Positions 21,187-31,591 are shown, counted from the first letter of the stretch. The stretch: DNA of 64,000 nt from an uncultured Methanomicrobiales archaeon (GCA_963697895.1 OY969100.1:1888001-1952000), one strand, 5' to 3'. The notes: generated by a model not told the origin, from the sequence alone. Numbers and translations: made by a program.

Positions 21187-21373
21187 AAAGAAGATCCACG
21201 TCTGCCGGGAGTGTCACCGGGTGGTCGAAGGCGAGAGTTGCGCACTCTGTGGTACTACCAACCTCTCCTCCGACTGGGCCGGGTACCTGGTCATCATAGA
21301 CCCCGAGCACTCGGAGATCGCCAAGAGAATGAATATCAAACTTCCCGGCAGGTATGCGCTGAAGGTCCGTTGA
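21173..21373 (+). CDS. spt4: Transcription elongation factor Spt4 (RpoE'')
   Basis: CRECH..CALCG..DWAGYLVIIDP..PGRYALKVR. Confidence 0.93.
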   Translation: MAVSKKKIHVCRECHRVVEGESCALCGTTNLSSDWAGYLVIIDPEHSEIAKRMNIKLPGRYALKVR

Positions 21374-21879
21374 TGCTCCGGCTCCCAAAGGATAAAAGGC
21401 ACCTCTTTAAGTCACCTTTTGGGACGCTCTATCAGGACATAGCGGATGTGGTTCCGCTCATCAGAGGGAGAATCGTCTACGCAGTGGGTGATGTGGTCAC
21501 GTACCGGCTCATCCAGCAGGGAATCGTGCCCGATATCGCCATTATCGACGGGTACTCCATGCGTGTACCCTGCAGCCGCGAACCCGTCGCATTTGAACGG
21601 AGCATCCGGGTCACGAATCCGCCGGGTACGATCTCGGACGAGCTGATGCGGGAGCTGAACCATGCCGTTGCGAATCCACCGGTCATGATCTTCGTGGTTG
21701 GCGAAGAGGATCTGGCCGTTATTCCTCTTGTTATCGCCGCACCGGAAGGCGCGGTAATCCTGTATGGACAACCCCGTCAGGGTGTTGTACTCCGGGTGGT
21801 GGACGCTGCTGCGAAGCAGGAAGCCAGACAGCTCCTTTCGGTTTTTATCCGGGAACCGGAAGAACCCAACAGTTGCTGA
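21373..21879 (+). CDS. GTP-dependent dephospho-CoA kinase (DUF359)
   Basis: VGDVVT, NPPGTI, GEEDL, YGQP motifs; conserved gene order. Confidence 0.88.
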   Translation: MLRLPKDKRHLFKSPFGTLYQDIADVVPLIRGRIVYAVGDVVTYRLIQQGIVPDIAIIDGYSMRVPCSREPVAFERSIRVTNPPGTISDELMRELNHAVANPPVMIFVVGEEDLAVIPLVIAAPEGAVILYGQPRQGVVLRVVDAAAKQEARQLLSVFIREPEEPNSC

Positions 21880-22035
21880 ATGCCGCCTTTCCTTTTTATG
21901 GTTGAGAATTCCAAAAAAAGAACAACCACTCTCCCATCAACCAACATAGGTTTACCCATTCCAGATGTGGATCAGGGGCCGAGGGCCGATGGTATAGTAA
22001 TAAATAATGTCAGTACCAATTATAAGAGGATACCG

Positions 22036-22332
22036 ATGGAATTCGAAATAACGAAAAATATCCGGAATGAACTTCTCATGAGAAAGGAGATCGAATTTAC
22101 TCTCCGCTTCGAAGGTGCCACTCCTCCGCGAACCCAGATCATCGGGAAACTCGCCGCACTCCTGAATGTCACGGAAAAGGAGATGGTGCTCGATTCGCTG
22201 AAGACGATCTTCGGGGCCACCGAACTGAAGGGGTCGGCCCGGGTCTACGAGAGTGAGGAGAAGCGTGATCAGACCGAACGTCCCTACCTGATGGCGCGGG
22301 GTATTCCCAAACCCAAGGAAGAAGGAGCCTGA
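22036..22332 (+). CDS. rps24e: 30S ribosomal protein S24e
   Basis: [25 protein letters not shown]. Confidence 0.93.
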   Translation: MEFEITKNIRNELLMRKEIEFTLRFEGATPPRTQIIGKLAALLNVTEKEMVLDSLKTIFGATELKGSARVYESEEKRDQTERPYLMARGIPKPKEEGA

Positions 22333-22334
22333 GT

Positions 22335-22517
22335 ATGGCTGCAAAGAAGGGAAAAGCGGCTGCTTCACCAAAGAGAAGTGCATACTACACGGTTACAGGA
22401 GAAAAAGCCACATTCGTGCGGAAGTGCTGTCCGAGATGCGGACCCGGGTTCATTCTTGCGGAACACAGCGACCGGGCAGCGTGCGGCAAATGCGGCTATA
22501 CAGAATTCAAAAAATAA
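22335..22517 (+). CDS. rps27ae: 30S ribosomal protein S27ae
   Basis: [27 protein letters not shown]. Confidence 0.95.
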   Translation: MAAKKGKAAASPKRSAYYTVTGEKATFVRKCCPRCGPGFILAEHSDRAACGKCGYTEFKK

Positions 22518-22524
22518 CGATCCA

Positions 22525-24102
22525 ATGCCTTTTTTCGGGCCGGTGCTGGGAATCGAGGGCACGGCGTGGAACCTGAGTGCTGCCGTCTTCGATGAATCAT
22601 TGATCTCACTCTCATCTGACCCGTACACTCCCGCTCAGGGGGGAATTCACCCGAGGGAAGCGGCCCAGCATCATGCATCGGCGATGAAACGGGTCGTCTC
22701 GGAGGCGATGCCGGACCCCGGGAAGATCCGGGGGATCGCCTTTTCCCGGGGGCCCGGCCTTGGACCCTGCCTTCGTACGGTGGCAACTGCAGCCCGATCG
22801 CTCTCGCTCTCGCTCGGAATTCCGTTAATCGGGGTGAACCACTGTATCGCGCATGTGGAGATCGGCCGGTATGCTACGGGATGTGAAGATCCCATCGTTC
22901 TCTACGTGAGCGGAGCGAACACCCAGGTTCTCGGATATCTCGATTCACGGTACCGCATATTCGGGGAGACCCTCGATATCGGCCTGGGAAATGCCCTGGA
23001 TAAATTTGCCCGGAGCCGCGGTCTTATGCATCCGGGAGGCCCGGCGATTGAGCAGCTCGCGCAGTCGGGGAGGTATATCGAGCTGCCCTACACCGTCAAG
23101 GGGATGGATCTTGCGTTCTCCGGGCTCGTGAGTGCCGCCAAAGAAAGCAATGCGCCGATCGAGGACATCTGCCACAGTTTCCAGGAGACCGCATTTGCCA
23201 TGTGCGTCGAGGTGACGGAACGGGCACTTGCGCAGACGGGCAAGGAGGAAGTGCTCCTCGTCGGAGGTGTCGGAGCTAACCGGCGATTACAGGCCATGCT
23301 CGACCGGATGTGCAGAGAACGGGGAGCGTCGTTTTTCGTACCGGAACCGCGGTTCCTCGGTGATAACGGTGCCATGATTGCCTATACCGGCAAAATCATG
23401 CTTGAATCGGGGGAATTCCTCCCAGTCGAAGAGTCATTTGTCAACCCCTCGTTCAGGGCAGACCAGGTGCTGGTGTCCTGGAGGAAGGAGTCGTCGGATG
23501 GAGGAATTACCCGGTCGCCGCTGGACAAGCTGACTGTCGCAAAAGGTGCAGAGGCGGTAGTGTCGCTCTCGGAGGATACGGCGGTCAAGCGGAGGGTCGG
23601 TAAATCATACCGGAACGCTCACCTGGACCGTAAGTTGATAGCCGAACGCACCCGGGCGGAGGCCCGCATCATCGCGATGGCGCGGCGTTCGGGCGTTTCG
23701 ACTCCGGTTATGCGGGATATCACTCCGGACACGATCGTGATGGAGCGGGTCAGGGGAGATATGCTCCGGGATGCACTGACCCGCCAGAACCTCGAAGTGG
23801 TCGGTACGGTGATCGGTCTCCTCCATCAGGCAGGCATCGTGCATGGGGACCTGACGACGAGCAATATCATCATGCGGGACGGACGGTGTGTGCTGATCGA
23901 TTTCGGTCTCTCGCAGATCTCATCAGAGATCGAGACCCGCGGGGTGGACATTCACGTCCTCTTTCAGACCCTGCAGAGTACGACCCCTGAGGCAGCTGCA
24001 TTGAAATCGGCCTTTGCCAACGGGTTCTGCAGGTGTTTTCCCGAAGGAGAGGAGATCCTTGTCCGTGAACAGGAGATCGAGCAACGGGGCCGGTACTTGT
24101 GA
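22525..24102 (+). CDS. kae1: Bifunctional Kae1-Bud32 (t6A tRNA synthase / protein kinase)
   Basis: LGIEGTA, NHCIAHVE, VSGANTQ, DNGAMIA; kinase KGAEA, HGDLTTSN, IDFGL. Confidence 0.95.
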   Translation: MPFFGPVLGIEGTAWNLSAAVFDESLISLSSDPYTPAQGGIHPREAAQHHASAMKRVVSEAMPDPGKIRGIAFSRGPGLGPCLRTVATAARSLSLSLGIPLIGVNHCIAHVEIGRYATGCEDPIVLYVSGANTQVLGYLDSRYRIFGETLDIGLGNALDKFARSRGLMHPGGPAIEQLAQSGRYIELPYTVKGMDLAFSGLVSAAKESNAPIEDICHSFQETAFAMCVEVTERALAQTGKEEVLLVGGVGANRRLQAMLDRMCRERGASFFVPEPRFLGDNGAMIAYTGKIMLESGEFLPVEESFVNPSFRADQVLVSWRKESSDGGITRSPLDKLTVAKGAEAVVSLSEDTAVKRRVGKSYRNAHLDRKLIAERTRAEARIIAMARRSGVSTPVMRDITPDTIVMERVRGDMLRDALTRQNLEVVGTVIGLLHQAGIVHGDLTTSNIIMRDGRCVLIDFGLSQISSEIETRGVDIHVLFQTLQSTTPEAAALKSAFANGFCRCFPEGEEILVREQEIEQRGRYL

Positions 24103-24671
24103 ATATTGTTTTTGTAACCAGCAATGTCCATAAGGCGCAGGAAGTTGCCGCTTTCTTTGCCGGGGTCGCAGAGATCACCCATGTTCCGCTCGAATGCCCG
24201 GAATATCGCGATGATGATATCGGGGAGATCGCCAGGAGGAAAGCGGAGCACGCATTCGGGGAATTGAAGGTACCGCTCATGGTGGACGATACCGGGTTTT
24301 CGATCTCCGCATTGAAAGGTTTTCCCGGACCATATGCTGCATATGTGCACCGCACCATCGGAAATGAGGGAATCCTGAAACTGATGGAGGGAGTTGAAAA
24401 CCGTCAGGCATGGTTCGAAACGGCCATTGCCTATGCCGAAGACACGGGGATCCATGTCTTCCGGGGGCGTCTCGAAGGTGAGGTGGTCCCTGCCCGGGGA
24501 TCCGGGGGGTTCGGGTATGACCCGATCTTTGCATTCCGGGGAAAAACCCTATCAGAATATTCTCTTGCCGAAAAGAGCACTGTTTCTCACCGTGGAAAGG
24601 CGCTCCTCCTGTTCCGTGAATGGTTCCTCGACAGGATGCGACAGGGAACGGATTTCAGATTATCCCCATGA
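24099..24671 (+). CDS. rdgB: Non-canonical purine NTP pyrophosphatase (Ham1/RdgB)
   Basis: TSNVHK, DDTG, FPGPY, GFGYDPIF, SHRGKA. Confidence 0.93.
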   Translation: MNIVFVTSNVHKAQEVAAFFAGVAEITHVPLECPEYRDDDIGEIARRKAEHAFGELKVPLMVDDTGFSISALKGFPGPYAAYVHRTIGNEGILKLMEGVENRQAWFETAIAYAEDTGIHVFRGRLEGEVVPARGSGGFGYDPIFAFRGKTLSEYSLAEKSTVSHRGKALLLFREWFLDRMRQGTDFRLSP

Positions 24672-24735
24672 GCGGTAACATAACCGTTAAGTGGAGCAAG
24701 CGCGTTATAATTAAGGCTAGTGTGGTGTTCACTGG

Positions 24736-24882
24736 ATGGCACGATTTCCCGAAGCAGAAGCAAGACTACTCAATGTCAAGATATGCATGCGATGCAACGC
24801 GCGGAATGCAATACGCGCAACACGGTGCCGGAAGTGCGGTTACCAGAATTTGAGACCGAAAAATAAGGAGCGGAAAGCCTGA
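24736..24882 (+). CDS. rpl40e: 50S ribosomal protein L40e (below ORF-track length cutoff)
   Basis: Manual translation [48 protein letters not shown]. Confidence 0.93.
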   Translation: MARFPEAEARLLNVKICMRCNARNAIRATRCRKCGYQNLRPKNKERKA

Positions 24883-24886
24883 GGGT

Positions 24887-25536
24887 TCAGGCACTGTAAA
24901 ACGTTACTCTTTTCCCTTTTTTACTATACTCGCCGCGAAACGTTTCGATATTCCGCTTGTACCCGATCCGATCGACGAAACCGAGTTCCCGCAGCCCTTC
25001 CCGGACCCGCATTACATCCGGTTCATCCCGCCAGTCGGGGGTGTATACGTATATGACCTTCATATTGTCGCGTGAATCGGGGTTTTCCTTCGCAGTGCTG
25101 ACCTTTGCGGAAATACCGAGAATCCCCGAGACGGTTGCGTCACGGACCAGCCGCCATGCATCATCCACCTGTTCGGGGGGAGGAATATGAGCCACTTCCC
25201 GGCGAGTTCATCCTCTATTGCATCGGGTCTGACCCCGGGCGCATCCTGGATGATCCAGTACATCCGGGTGGTCTTACTCGGAATAACCCCTTCACCGGCC
25301 TGGATAAGGGCATAAATAGCGTCGATGCTGCCGAACTGGTGCATCAGGGCATCCGCGATCTCCGGGTACACCGATCTGAATTCCTCAAAGATCATGCAGA
25401 ACGTAGATTGGAAATCGATCTCTCCTTCCACCAGCTCAAAGAGGTATGGACCCAGTTCACGCAGGCGTGTATTCAGCATATGCTCGAACAGACCATATGC
25501 CACATCAGCCAGCGCATCGGGTTCGACCTCACTCAT
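24887..25536 (-). CDS. DUF1917-family protein, frameshifted in a G/C run near 25175-25180
   Basis: AGKWLIFL joins PEQVDDAW..SAKVSTA..VIYVYTPDWRD..IGYKRNIET. Confidence 0.75.
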
Positions 25537-25578
25537 GTATACTGGGTCGATGGAAACAGGAAAAAGGTTATGCCCCGG

Positions 25579-26343
25579 TCAGGGGGAAAGCCGCTCAAGG
25601 GTGAGGCAGGCAGCCCGTTCGCCGGAGAGGAGCATACCCCCGAATACCGGCCCCATCCGGTGTTCTCCACATACCGCATTCGCCGCCATCCCGGTTATGA
25701 TGAGACCCGGATAGATCTCACGGGTATGTTCAAGAATCTGTGATTCCGCACGTTCCGCCCACATGAATCCCTCTCCATGAACCGTTACGTCCCCGCACTT
25801 CCGTTCGACGAGCCGTGCGATGACCGCATCATGGCCGGTGGCATCCACTGCATACCGGCATCCCACGGTCAGGGGATCGACATGGAGACCCGTCTGTTCG
25901 ACGGGAGTCCAGTTGATGACGAGTCCGCATAAACGCCGGTCCTCTTTGACCATCACATCCTCTACAGACATCAGATTGAAAAATTCGACCCCCGCATCGG
26001 CGGCAGCCGCGGTCAGCTTTGCAACGGCCTCCACCGAACGGGCTACAAGATACTCTTTCTCGTACCAGGTGTAGCGGATGCCGAAGCGTTCGAGGAGATG
26101 CCGTGCCTGCTCCTGGACTACAATCCGCGGAAACATCATCCCTCCTCCCCACATACCCCCGCCAACAGAGAGTTTCTTCTCGATCAACCCCACTTTTTTT
26201 CCCTGTTCAGCGATCAGTGCTGCGCACACCAGGCCGGAGGGCCCTCCTCCGACCACCGCGACATCCATCTCCATATAATCGAGGAAGGTCTCCATCTGCG
26301 ATGCGACGATCGCCCTGCTGATCGTGATCTCGTTCAGGTCCAT
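25579..26343 (-). CDS. thi4: Sulfide-dependent thiazole synthase (non-Cys Thi4)
   Basis: GGGPSGL, GGGMWGGGM, LHVDP (His at the active site), DATGHD, RMGPVFGGMLLSG. Confidence 0.93.
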   Translation of the reverse strand: MDLNEITISRAIVASQMETFLDYMEMDVAVVGGGPSGLVCAALIAEQGKKVGLIEKKLSVGGGMWGGGMMFPRIVVQEQARHLLERFGIRYTWYEKEYLVARSVEAVAKLTAAAADAGVEFFNLMSVEDVMVKEDRRLCGLVINWTPVEQTGLHVDPLTVGCRYAVDATGHDAVIARLVERKCGDVTVHGEGFMWAERAESQILEHTREIYPGLIITGMAANAVCGEHRMGPVFGGMLLSGERAACLTLERLSP

Positions 26344-26596
26344 CTCATCCACCCCGTTATGTTGATGTTCGGAGACCATAATACGAATCGAGCAGGCGAT
26401 GCTCCCCGGCATCCCGGGGCAGTCTCCCCGGTTGATCGAATACCCCTCGGTTCCATGAACACCTCCGTTTCAACCGGTCGACCTTACGCGCCTTTATCGC
26501 CTATATGTTGGACAAAAAGAAATCAAGGTATAATATGGAGATATCGCATTGTCCATGGGCGAATGTTTATGAGCTGCATTTCGTATATAGTGATCT

Positions 26597-27478
26597 ATGA
26601 AATGGAAGCGCGACTTTGGCCTCACCATGCGAGTATGGCTGACACTCTTCCTGCTGTTCATCGTGTACCTGGTGTTCCTTGCAGTGCTGAGTTATCTCGG
26701 GGTCGGGCTGCCATACCTGGTAATCCTCGTCTTTGTCATGGCATTCATCCAGTATTTCTTCTCTGACCGGCTGGTCCTCTGGACGACCCGTGCACATGTG
26801 ATCGCGGAGGATGAACATCCGGAGCTCCATCAGATGGTAGCGCGACTGGCACAGGAGGCCGAGCTACCGATGCCCCGGGTGGCTATCATGCAATCACCTG
26901 TCCCGAATGCGTTTGCAACGGGAAGAAGCCCGAAACACGCGGTTGTCGCCGTAACGGATTCGATCATGCGGGTCCTCTCCCCGCGGGAACTGGAAGCAGT
27001 GATCGCCCACGAGCTCTCGCACGTCAAGAACCGGGATGTACTCACCCTCACGATCGCCAGTTTCGTCGCGATGATTGCCGCGATCGTCATGCAGAATTTC
27101 CTGTTCGCGAGCATGTTCTCCCGGAGGGACGGCGGAAACCCATGGATCATCGCCGGTCTTGTTGCGATCGTCGTGTACTTTGTGAGCCAGCTCCTCATCA
27201 TGGCACTCTCCCGGTACCGGGAGTATGCAGCGGATCGCGGGAGTGCATATATCACGGGCCGGCCACAGGATCTCATCTCGGCATTGACAAAGATCAGCGG
27301 CCGGATGCCATATGTCCCTGCAGAAGCAAAGGCTGCGGTCGAAGGCGCGAATGCGTTCTTTATTATCCCGGCACTTTCAGGAAAGAACACGCTGATGGAG
27401 ATCTTTTCCACACATCCTCCGCTTGAAAAACGTATTGCCGCCCTCGAACAGGTTGAAATCGAGATCCAGGGTGCATAA
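26597..27478 (+). CDS. htpX: Zinc metalloprotease HtpX (M48)
   Basis: PNAFATG, HELSH, SRYREYAAD, STHPP. Confidence 0.93.
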   Translation: MKWKRDFGLTMRVWLTLFLLFIVYLVFLAVLSYLGVGLPYLVILVFVMAFIQYFFSDRLVLWTTRAHVIAEDEHPELHQMVARLAQEAELPMPRVAIMQSPVPNAFATGRSPKHAVVAVTDSIMRVLSPRELEAVIAHELSHVKNRDVLTLTIASFVAMIAAIVMQNFLFASMFSRRDGGNPWIIAGLVAIVVYFVSQLLIMALSRYREYAADRGSAYITGRPQDLISALTKISGRMPYVPAEAKAAVEGANAFFIIPALSGKNTLMEIFSTHPPLEKRIAALEQVEIEIQGA

Positions 27479-27825
27479 TCCCCGGGATCTTTTTTATTTG
27501 GATCCAGACAGGAGATACTGGATCACGGGATCATCCCCATCTGATGGCCATATGTATCCCTGAGCCCCCCTTTTCTCCGTCCAGAATCCGCATCAACCGA
27601 TGAATGGATCATTGCGGGAGAAGCCGCGTTTCCTGTTTTCCAATAAGGAGAGAATCATGCTGGATTTTAATGAAGGAATCTTCACTAAACCTGCCAGTGG
27701 ATCATCTTTTTCTGCTTTGCATAAACGCGGGCAGGAAATATTTATTCCGGCCTCCTGTTCTGTCAGGAAAATCCGGGGCAGAACAAAACTAATAATACCG
27801 ATTATCTCAATAATAAAAAGGCCAA

Positions 27826-27896
27826 GCATCGATGGTCTAGAGGCATGACTTAGGCCTTCCAAGCCTATAGCCCGGGTTCGATTCCCGGTCGATGCA
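27826..27896 (+). tRNA. tRNA-Gly (anticodon TCC)
   Basis: Cloverleaf: GCATCGA/TCGATGC acceptor, TAGGC-CTTCCAA-GCCTA anticodon arm, CCGGG-TTCGATT-CCCGG T arm. Confidence 0.95.
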
Positions 27897-27900
27897 CTGC

Positions 27901-27974
27901 GGGCTCGTGGTCTAGTCGGTTATGACGTCGCCTTCACACGGCGAAGATCTCGTGTTCGAATCACGACGAGCCCA
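27901..27974 (+). tRNA. tRNA-Val (anticodon CAC)
   Basis: GGGCTCG/CGAGCCC acceptor, TCGCC-TTCACAC-GGCGA anticodon arm, TCGTG-TTCGAAT-CACGA T arm; 4 nt after tRNA-Gly. Confidence 0.95.
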
Positions 27975-28013
27975 TTCCATCCAAAGGCTGATCTCTCATA
28001 ATTCCTTTATTTT

Positions 28014-28199
28014 TCAATAAGATCCGGGAATATGCGGGTTTTCTACTTTTTTAAAAAATTTCTTCTCTGCCAGACAGATCGGGCAACACCAGTCCGACGG
28101 GAGATCGTTGAAATCTATTCCTGGCTCTATATTTTGTGACGTTTCGCCTTGTGAAGGATCGTACACATGCCCGCATATGGAGCACTGGTAACAGCTCAT
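28014..28199 (-). CDS. Rubredoxin
   Basis: YQCSICGHVYDP...F.DLP.DW.CPIC. Confidence 0.92.
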   Translation of the reverse strand: MSCYQCSICGHVYDPSQGETSQNIEPGIDFNDLPSDWCCPICLAEKKFFKKVENPHIPGSY

Positions 28200-28348
28200 G
28201 GTTCGGTTCACCTCGAGGGTTATGGAAAGAATCACTGATGAAATCATCGGTGAAACCCGGGAGCCGGTGAACCCAGGTGACGGGCTTTCCTCACCGTACA
28301 TGATCTGCTGAACAGCCCCTCTTCAGTGCGATTCCCCCGAAATCCCGC

Positions 28349-29647
28349 TCATCCGCGCCGGACCGCACAGGTCATGCAGTGTGCCCCGCCATACCCTCCG
28401 GTCAGATTTCGGAGAATGATGGGGTACGCATCGATATCGTGCTGGTAGATCTCCTTTTTATGGGGAAAAAACTCCCCCTCATTCTTCAGATACCGGTAAT
28501 CTTTCCGGGCCTGTGCAAGGAGCGCCCCATACCGGGCCGGGTCGAGGGTTGCCTTCTCCTGGAGGCTTCCGAGTACATCGCGCGCGACACGGTCGACCTC
28601 CACGGCAACGATTGTCCCGTCCCGGATACAGAGGAAATTGGAAGCATAGGAGATCTGCTCCAGGGTGGTGATATCGATGATATCAAACTCCTTCTCGATC
28701 AGGTACTCATAGAGCGTTGTTTCGCGCGCAAATACGTATTCATCTCCGGGTTCCCTTATAAATACGCGGAGATTTGCCCGTCGGAGCAGAATTTCAGACC
28801 CGACCGCGACCCGGGACGATGCAACATTGCAGTACGTATCGAGGTGCATATTGATCATCGGGTCCCTCATGCCCCCCGGGAGCAGGGGATGTTCCGGCTG
28901 GGTAACGATGCCGACCTCCCGAAAGTCGAGGCCATTCCGGAGGAGCTGAGCGGCACCCTCGGGATTCGACCGGTCTCCGACTCCGACCAGGGCGAATTCC
29001 TCCATCGGGATAAAATCCCCCCCCTCGAAGGTCCCTGGCTCTTCCGTCCGGTGCACGATCGGCACGCCCATCACCTCCCAGAAGAACCCGGTAAGAACCG
29101 GTTCGCGCTGCCGCTGGAATTTCGCCATCCGTCCCAGGACCAGCCCCTTATCGGTCACGACCTGCTGGTCCCGCATATAATGCAGGTTCGTAAGGGGCTG
29201 GCGCTCCGTAACGGAAAGGCTGATGGAACGGTCACCCGTCTCGTTCCGGATATCAACGAGTGGACGAAGGAGAAGAATATTAAAAAAATGCCCTGAATCG
29301 AGGACTTTCGCATTGGAATCCCATTCTTTTTTTGCAAGGCGGATCTCCGTCTCACTCCCCGAGAAGTTCAGGGAATCATCCGCCATTCGGATCAGTTTTT
29401 CCCTGATCTCCGGCATTCTATCGGCCGCCTCGAGGAGATCTGCTTTCAAGCGGATGACGTTGACGTTGAATTCGTGCCGAAGGGTATGTTCCAGCCGCTC
29501 ATGCTCCATCCGCGCCTCATACCGGGAAAATGCCCGCTCGTAAAGGGAGGAGTACGGCTCCAGGAGCCCGAAGAACATCTCTATCCCGGGCCGATGAACC
29601 ACGACTTCCCGAAGCGTCTCCCATTCCGCTCTGCACCGTGCCTGCAT
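28349..29647 (-). CDS. arcA: Arginine deiminase family protein
   Basis: LREVVVHRPG, YMRDQ, FEGGD, MHLDT, GYGGAHCMT catalytic Cys. Confidence 0.87.
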   Translation of the reverse strand: MQARCRAEWETLREVVVHRPGIEMFFGLLEPYSSLYERAFSRYEARMEHERLEHTLRHEFNVNVIRLKADLLEAADRMPEIREKLIRMADDSLNFSGSETEIRLAKKEWDSNAKVLDSGHFFNILLLRPLVDIRNETGDRSISLSVTERQPLTNLHYMRDQQVVTDKGLVLGRMAKFQRQREPVLTGFFWEVMGVPIVHRTEEPGTFEGGDFIPMEEFALVGVGDRSNPEGAAQLLRNGLDFREVGIVTQPEHPLLPGGMRDPMINMHLDTYCNVASSRVAVGSEILLRRANLRVFIREPGDEYVFARETTLYEYLIEKEFDIIDITTLEQISYASNFLCIRDGTIVAVEVDRVARDVLGSLQEKATLDPARYGALLAQARKDYRYLKNEGEFFPHKKEIYQHDIDAYPIILRNLTGGYGGAHCMTCAVRRG

Positions 29648-29862
29648 GATATCCCTTGATCAGCTGAACCTCTTTTCTGTTCCCTATTGACTTTCAGATG
29701 CTCCGGGATCTCAAAGAGCTTTTCCCGGTTCCGGAACATGGTTGGGGGAAGGCTCAGATTTACGAGGTTCACGAGGGATGAAGCGAGGTTGAATACGGGG
29801 AACGGCCAACCGGGCGCAACCATCATGGTGTGACGCGGGATACCAGATATCGGGAATTGACG

Positions 29863-30453
29863 ATGAAGAGCGCCGGGAACAACAAAGATGATCTTGAAGA
29901 GTATAAGGCGAAACGGGACTTTCTTCGTACGCCGGAACCACCGGCAACCCCCGGGGACGCAGCGGAAGGGAGGCCGCGGTTCGTCGTCCAGAAGCATCGG
30001 GCAAGCCATCTCCATTTCGATCTTCGCCTGGAGGTGGACGGGGTGCTGAAGTCCTGGGCCGTACCCCGGGGCCCCTCCCTCGATCCCGGGCAGAAGCGAC
30101 TCGCAGTCGCCACGGAAGACCATCCTCTGGATTACATCCATTTTGAAGGGGTGATCCCGGAGGGGGAATACGGGGCGGGCGTGGTGATGGTCTGGGATAC
30201 CGGGACTTACCGGAATATCAAGGATGAAGAGCCGGTTCCGGTGAGCATGGCGAAGGCAATCCTGAACGGACACGTCACCGTCTGGCTGGAAGGCAGAAGA
30301 ATGAAAGGAGGATTTGCCCTGATCAGGACGAGCAGGGGATGGCTCCTGATCAAGATGGATGACCCCATGGCAGAACCCGGACAGGACCCGGTCGAGACCG
30401 AGATCGTATCGGTGTTGAGCGGCAAAACCATGGAAGAGATCGCACAGGGGTGA
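29863..30453 (+). CDS. Stand-alone LigD 3'-phosphoesterase (PE) domain protein
   Basis: YKAKRDF..TPEP, FVVQKHRASHLHFDLRLE, SWAVPRGPS, TEDHP, YGAG.V..WD.G. Confidence 0.92.
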   Translation: MKSAGNNKDDLEEYKAKRDFLRTPEPPATPGDAAEGRPRFVVQKHRASHLHFDLRLEVDGVLKSWAVPRGPSLDPGQKRLAVATEDHPLDYIHFEGVIPEGEYGAGVVMVWDTGTYRNIKDEEPVPVSMAKAILNGHVTVWLEGRRMKGGFALIRTSRGWLLIKMDDPMAEPGQDPVETEIVSVLSGKTMEEIAQG

Positions 30454-30462
30454 ACGGTTCCG

Positions 30463-31467
30463 GTGAACCCTCTTCTCTCTGCCCTCCCGCCGGAGATCCG
30501 GCAGTCCCTGAAAAGGTCAGAGCAACCATCATGGGTGGGACCGATGCTCGCCGAGCTGACGGACAGGGCTTTTCCGGAGAATGGATGGTTGTTTGAACGT
30601 AAACTGGATGGTGAACGGTGTATTGCCTCCTGCACGGACACCCGTATCCGCCTTGCCTCCCGCAACCGAAAGATTCTCAACAACACTTATCCGGAGATCG
30701 TGGAAGCCTTTCGAAGTGAGCATGAGGTTGATTTTATCGTTGACGGGGAGATTGTTGCGCTGATCGGGAATGTCCCGAAATTTTCCGCGCTCCAGGGGCG
30801 TCTCGGGATCGTGGACCCGGATGCATCGCTCATCCACGAGATCCCGGTCTATTACTATCTCTTTGACATCCTCTACCTGGATGGATATGATATCATGGGA
30901 ATCCCGCTGGGGTATCGAAAAGAGATCCTTCATCGCCTCTTCACCTTCACCGACCCGATCCGGTTCACCGTACACAGCGAGGAAAGAGGAGCGGAATGTT
31001 TCCGGGAGGCATGTGACCGGGGCTTTGAAGGGGTCATTGCAAAACGGATGGACTCCCGGTATATCCAGCGGCGATCGGGTGAATGGTTAAAATTCAAGTG
31101 TCTTAACCGGCAGGAATTTGTCGTCGGGGGATACACCGATCCGAAAGGAGGGCGCACGGGATTTGGAGCGCTTCTTATCGGTTATTTCGAAGGGGACAAC
31201 CTCATCTATGCCGGGAAGGTCGGAACCGGGTTCGATACAGCGACCCTCAGGACGTTGTATTCCGCCCTCCGTTCGATTGGACAGGAAACGAGCCCATTTC
31301 AAAACATAACAGATACAAAAGGGGTACATTTTGTCCATCCCGTCCTTATCGCCGAGATAGGATTTTCTGAGTGGACTTCAGAGGGGAAGCTCCGCCATCC
31401 ACGATTCATCGGCCTTCGATATGACAAGGAGAGCCGCGAGGTAATCCGTGAGGAACCCGGGCAATGA
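30463..31467 (+). CDS. ligD: ATP-dependent DNA ligase, LigD/NHEJ type
   Basis: PMLA, ERKLDGER, DGEIV, FDILY, EGVIAK, WLKFK, GKVGTGF, LRHPRF. Confidence 0.92.
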   Translation: MNPLLSALPPEIRQSLKRSEQPSWVGPMLAELTDRAFPENGWLFERKLDGERCIASCTDTRIRLASRNRKILNNTYPEIVEAFRSEHEVDFIVDGEIVALIGNVPKFSALQGRLGIVDPDASLIHEIPVYYYLFDILYLDGYDIMGIPLGYRKEILHRLFTFTDPIRFTVHSEERGAECFREACDRGFEGVIAKRMDSRYIQRRSGEWLKFKCLNRQEFVVGGYTDPKGGRTGFGALLIGYFEGDNLIYAGKVGTGFDTATLRTLYSALRSIGQETSPFQNITDTKGVHFVHPVLIAEIGFSEWTSEGKLRHPRFIGLRYDKESREVIREEPGQ

Positions 31468-31591
31468 GCGCTAATTTTCCGTGTAAAGCCCAGTCTGACG
31501 AAAATTATGGCCCGTTCGGAGAACTACCGAAAACAATTATGTACCGTTAGTTAGGATAATATTGGTTCAGGCTCAATCGTGTACTACGAAG

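Noticed and set aside
22525-24102. Kae1-Bud32 fusion as a novelty
   Set aside because: Well known in methanogens and haloarchaea
25579-26343. His instead of Cys in the Thi4 active site
   Set aside because: Established catalytic, sulfide-using Thi4 type in methanogens
27593-27862. Short ORFs upstream of or overlapping tRNA-Gly
   Set aside because: They span the tRNA promoter and gene; no protein-like features
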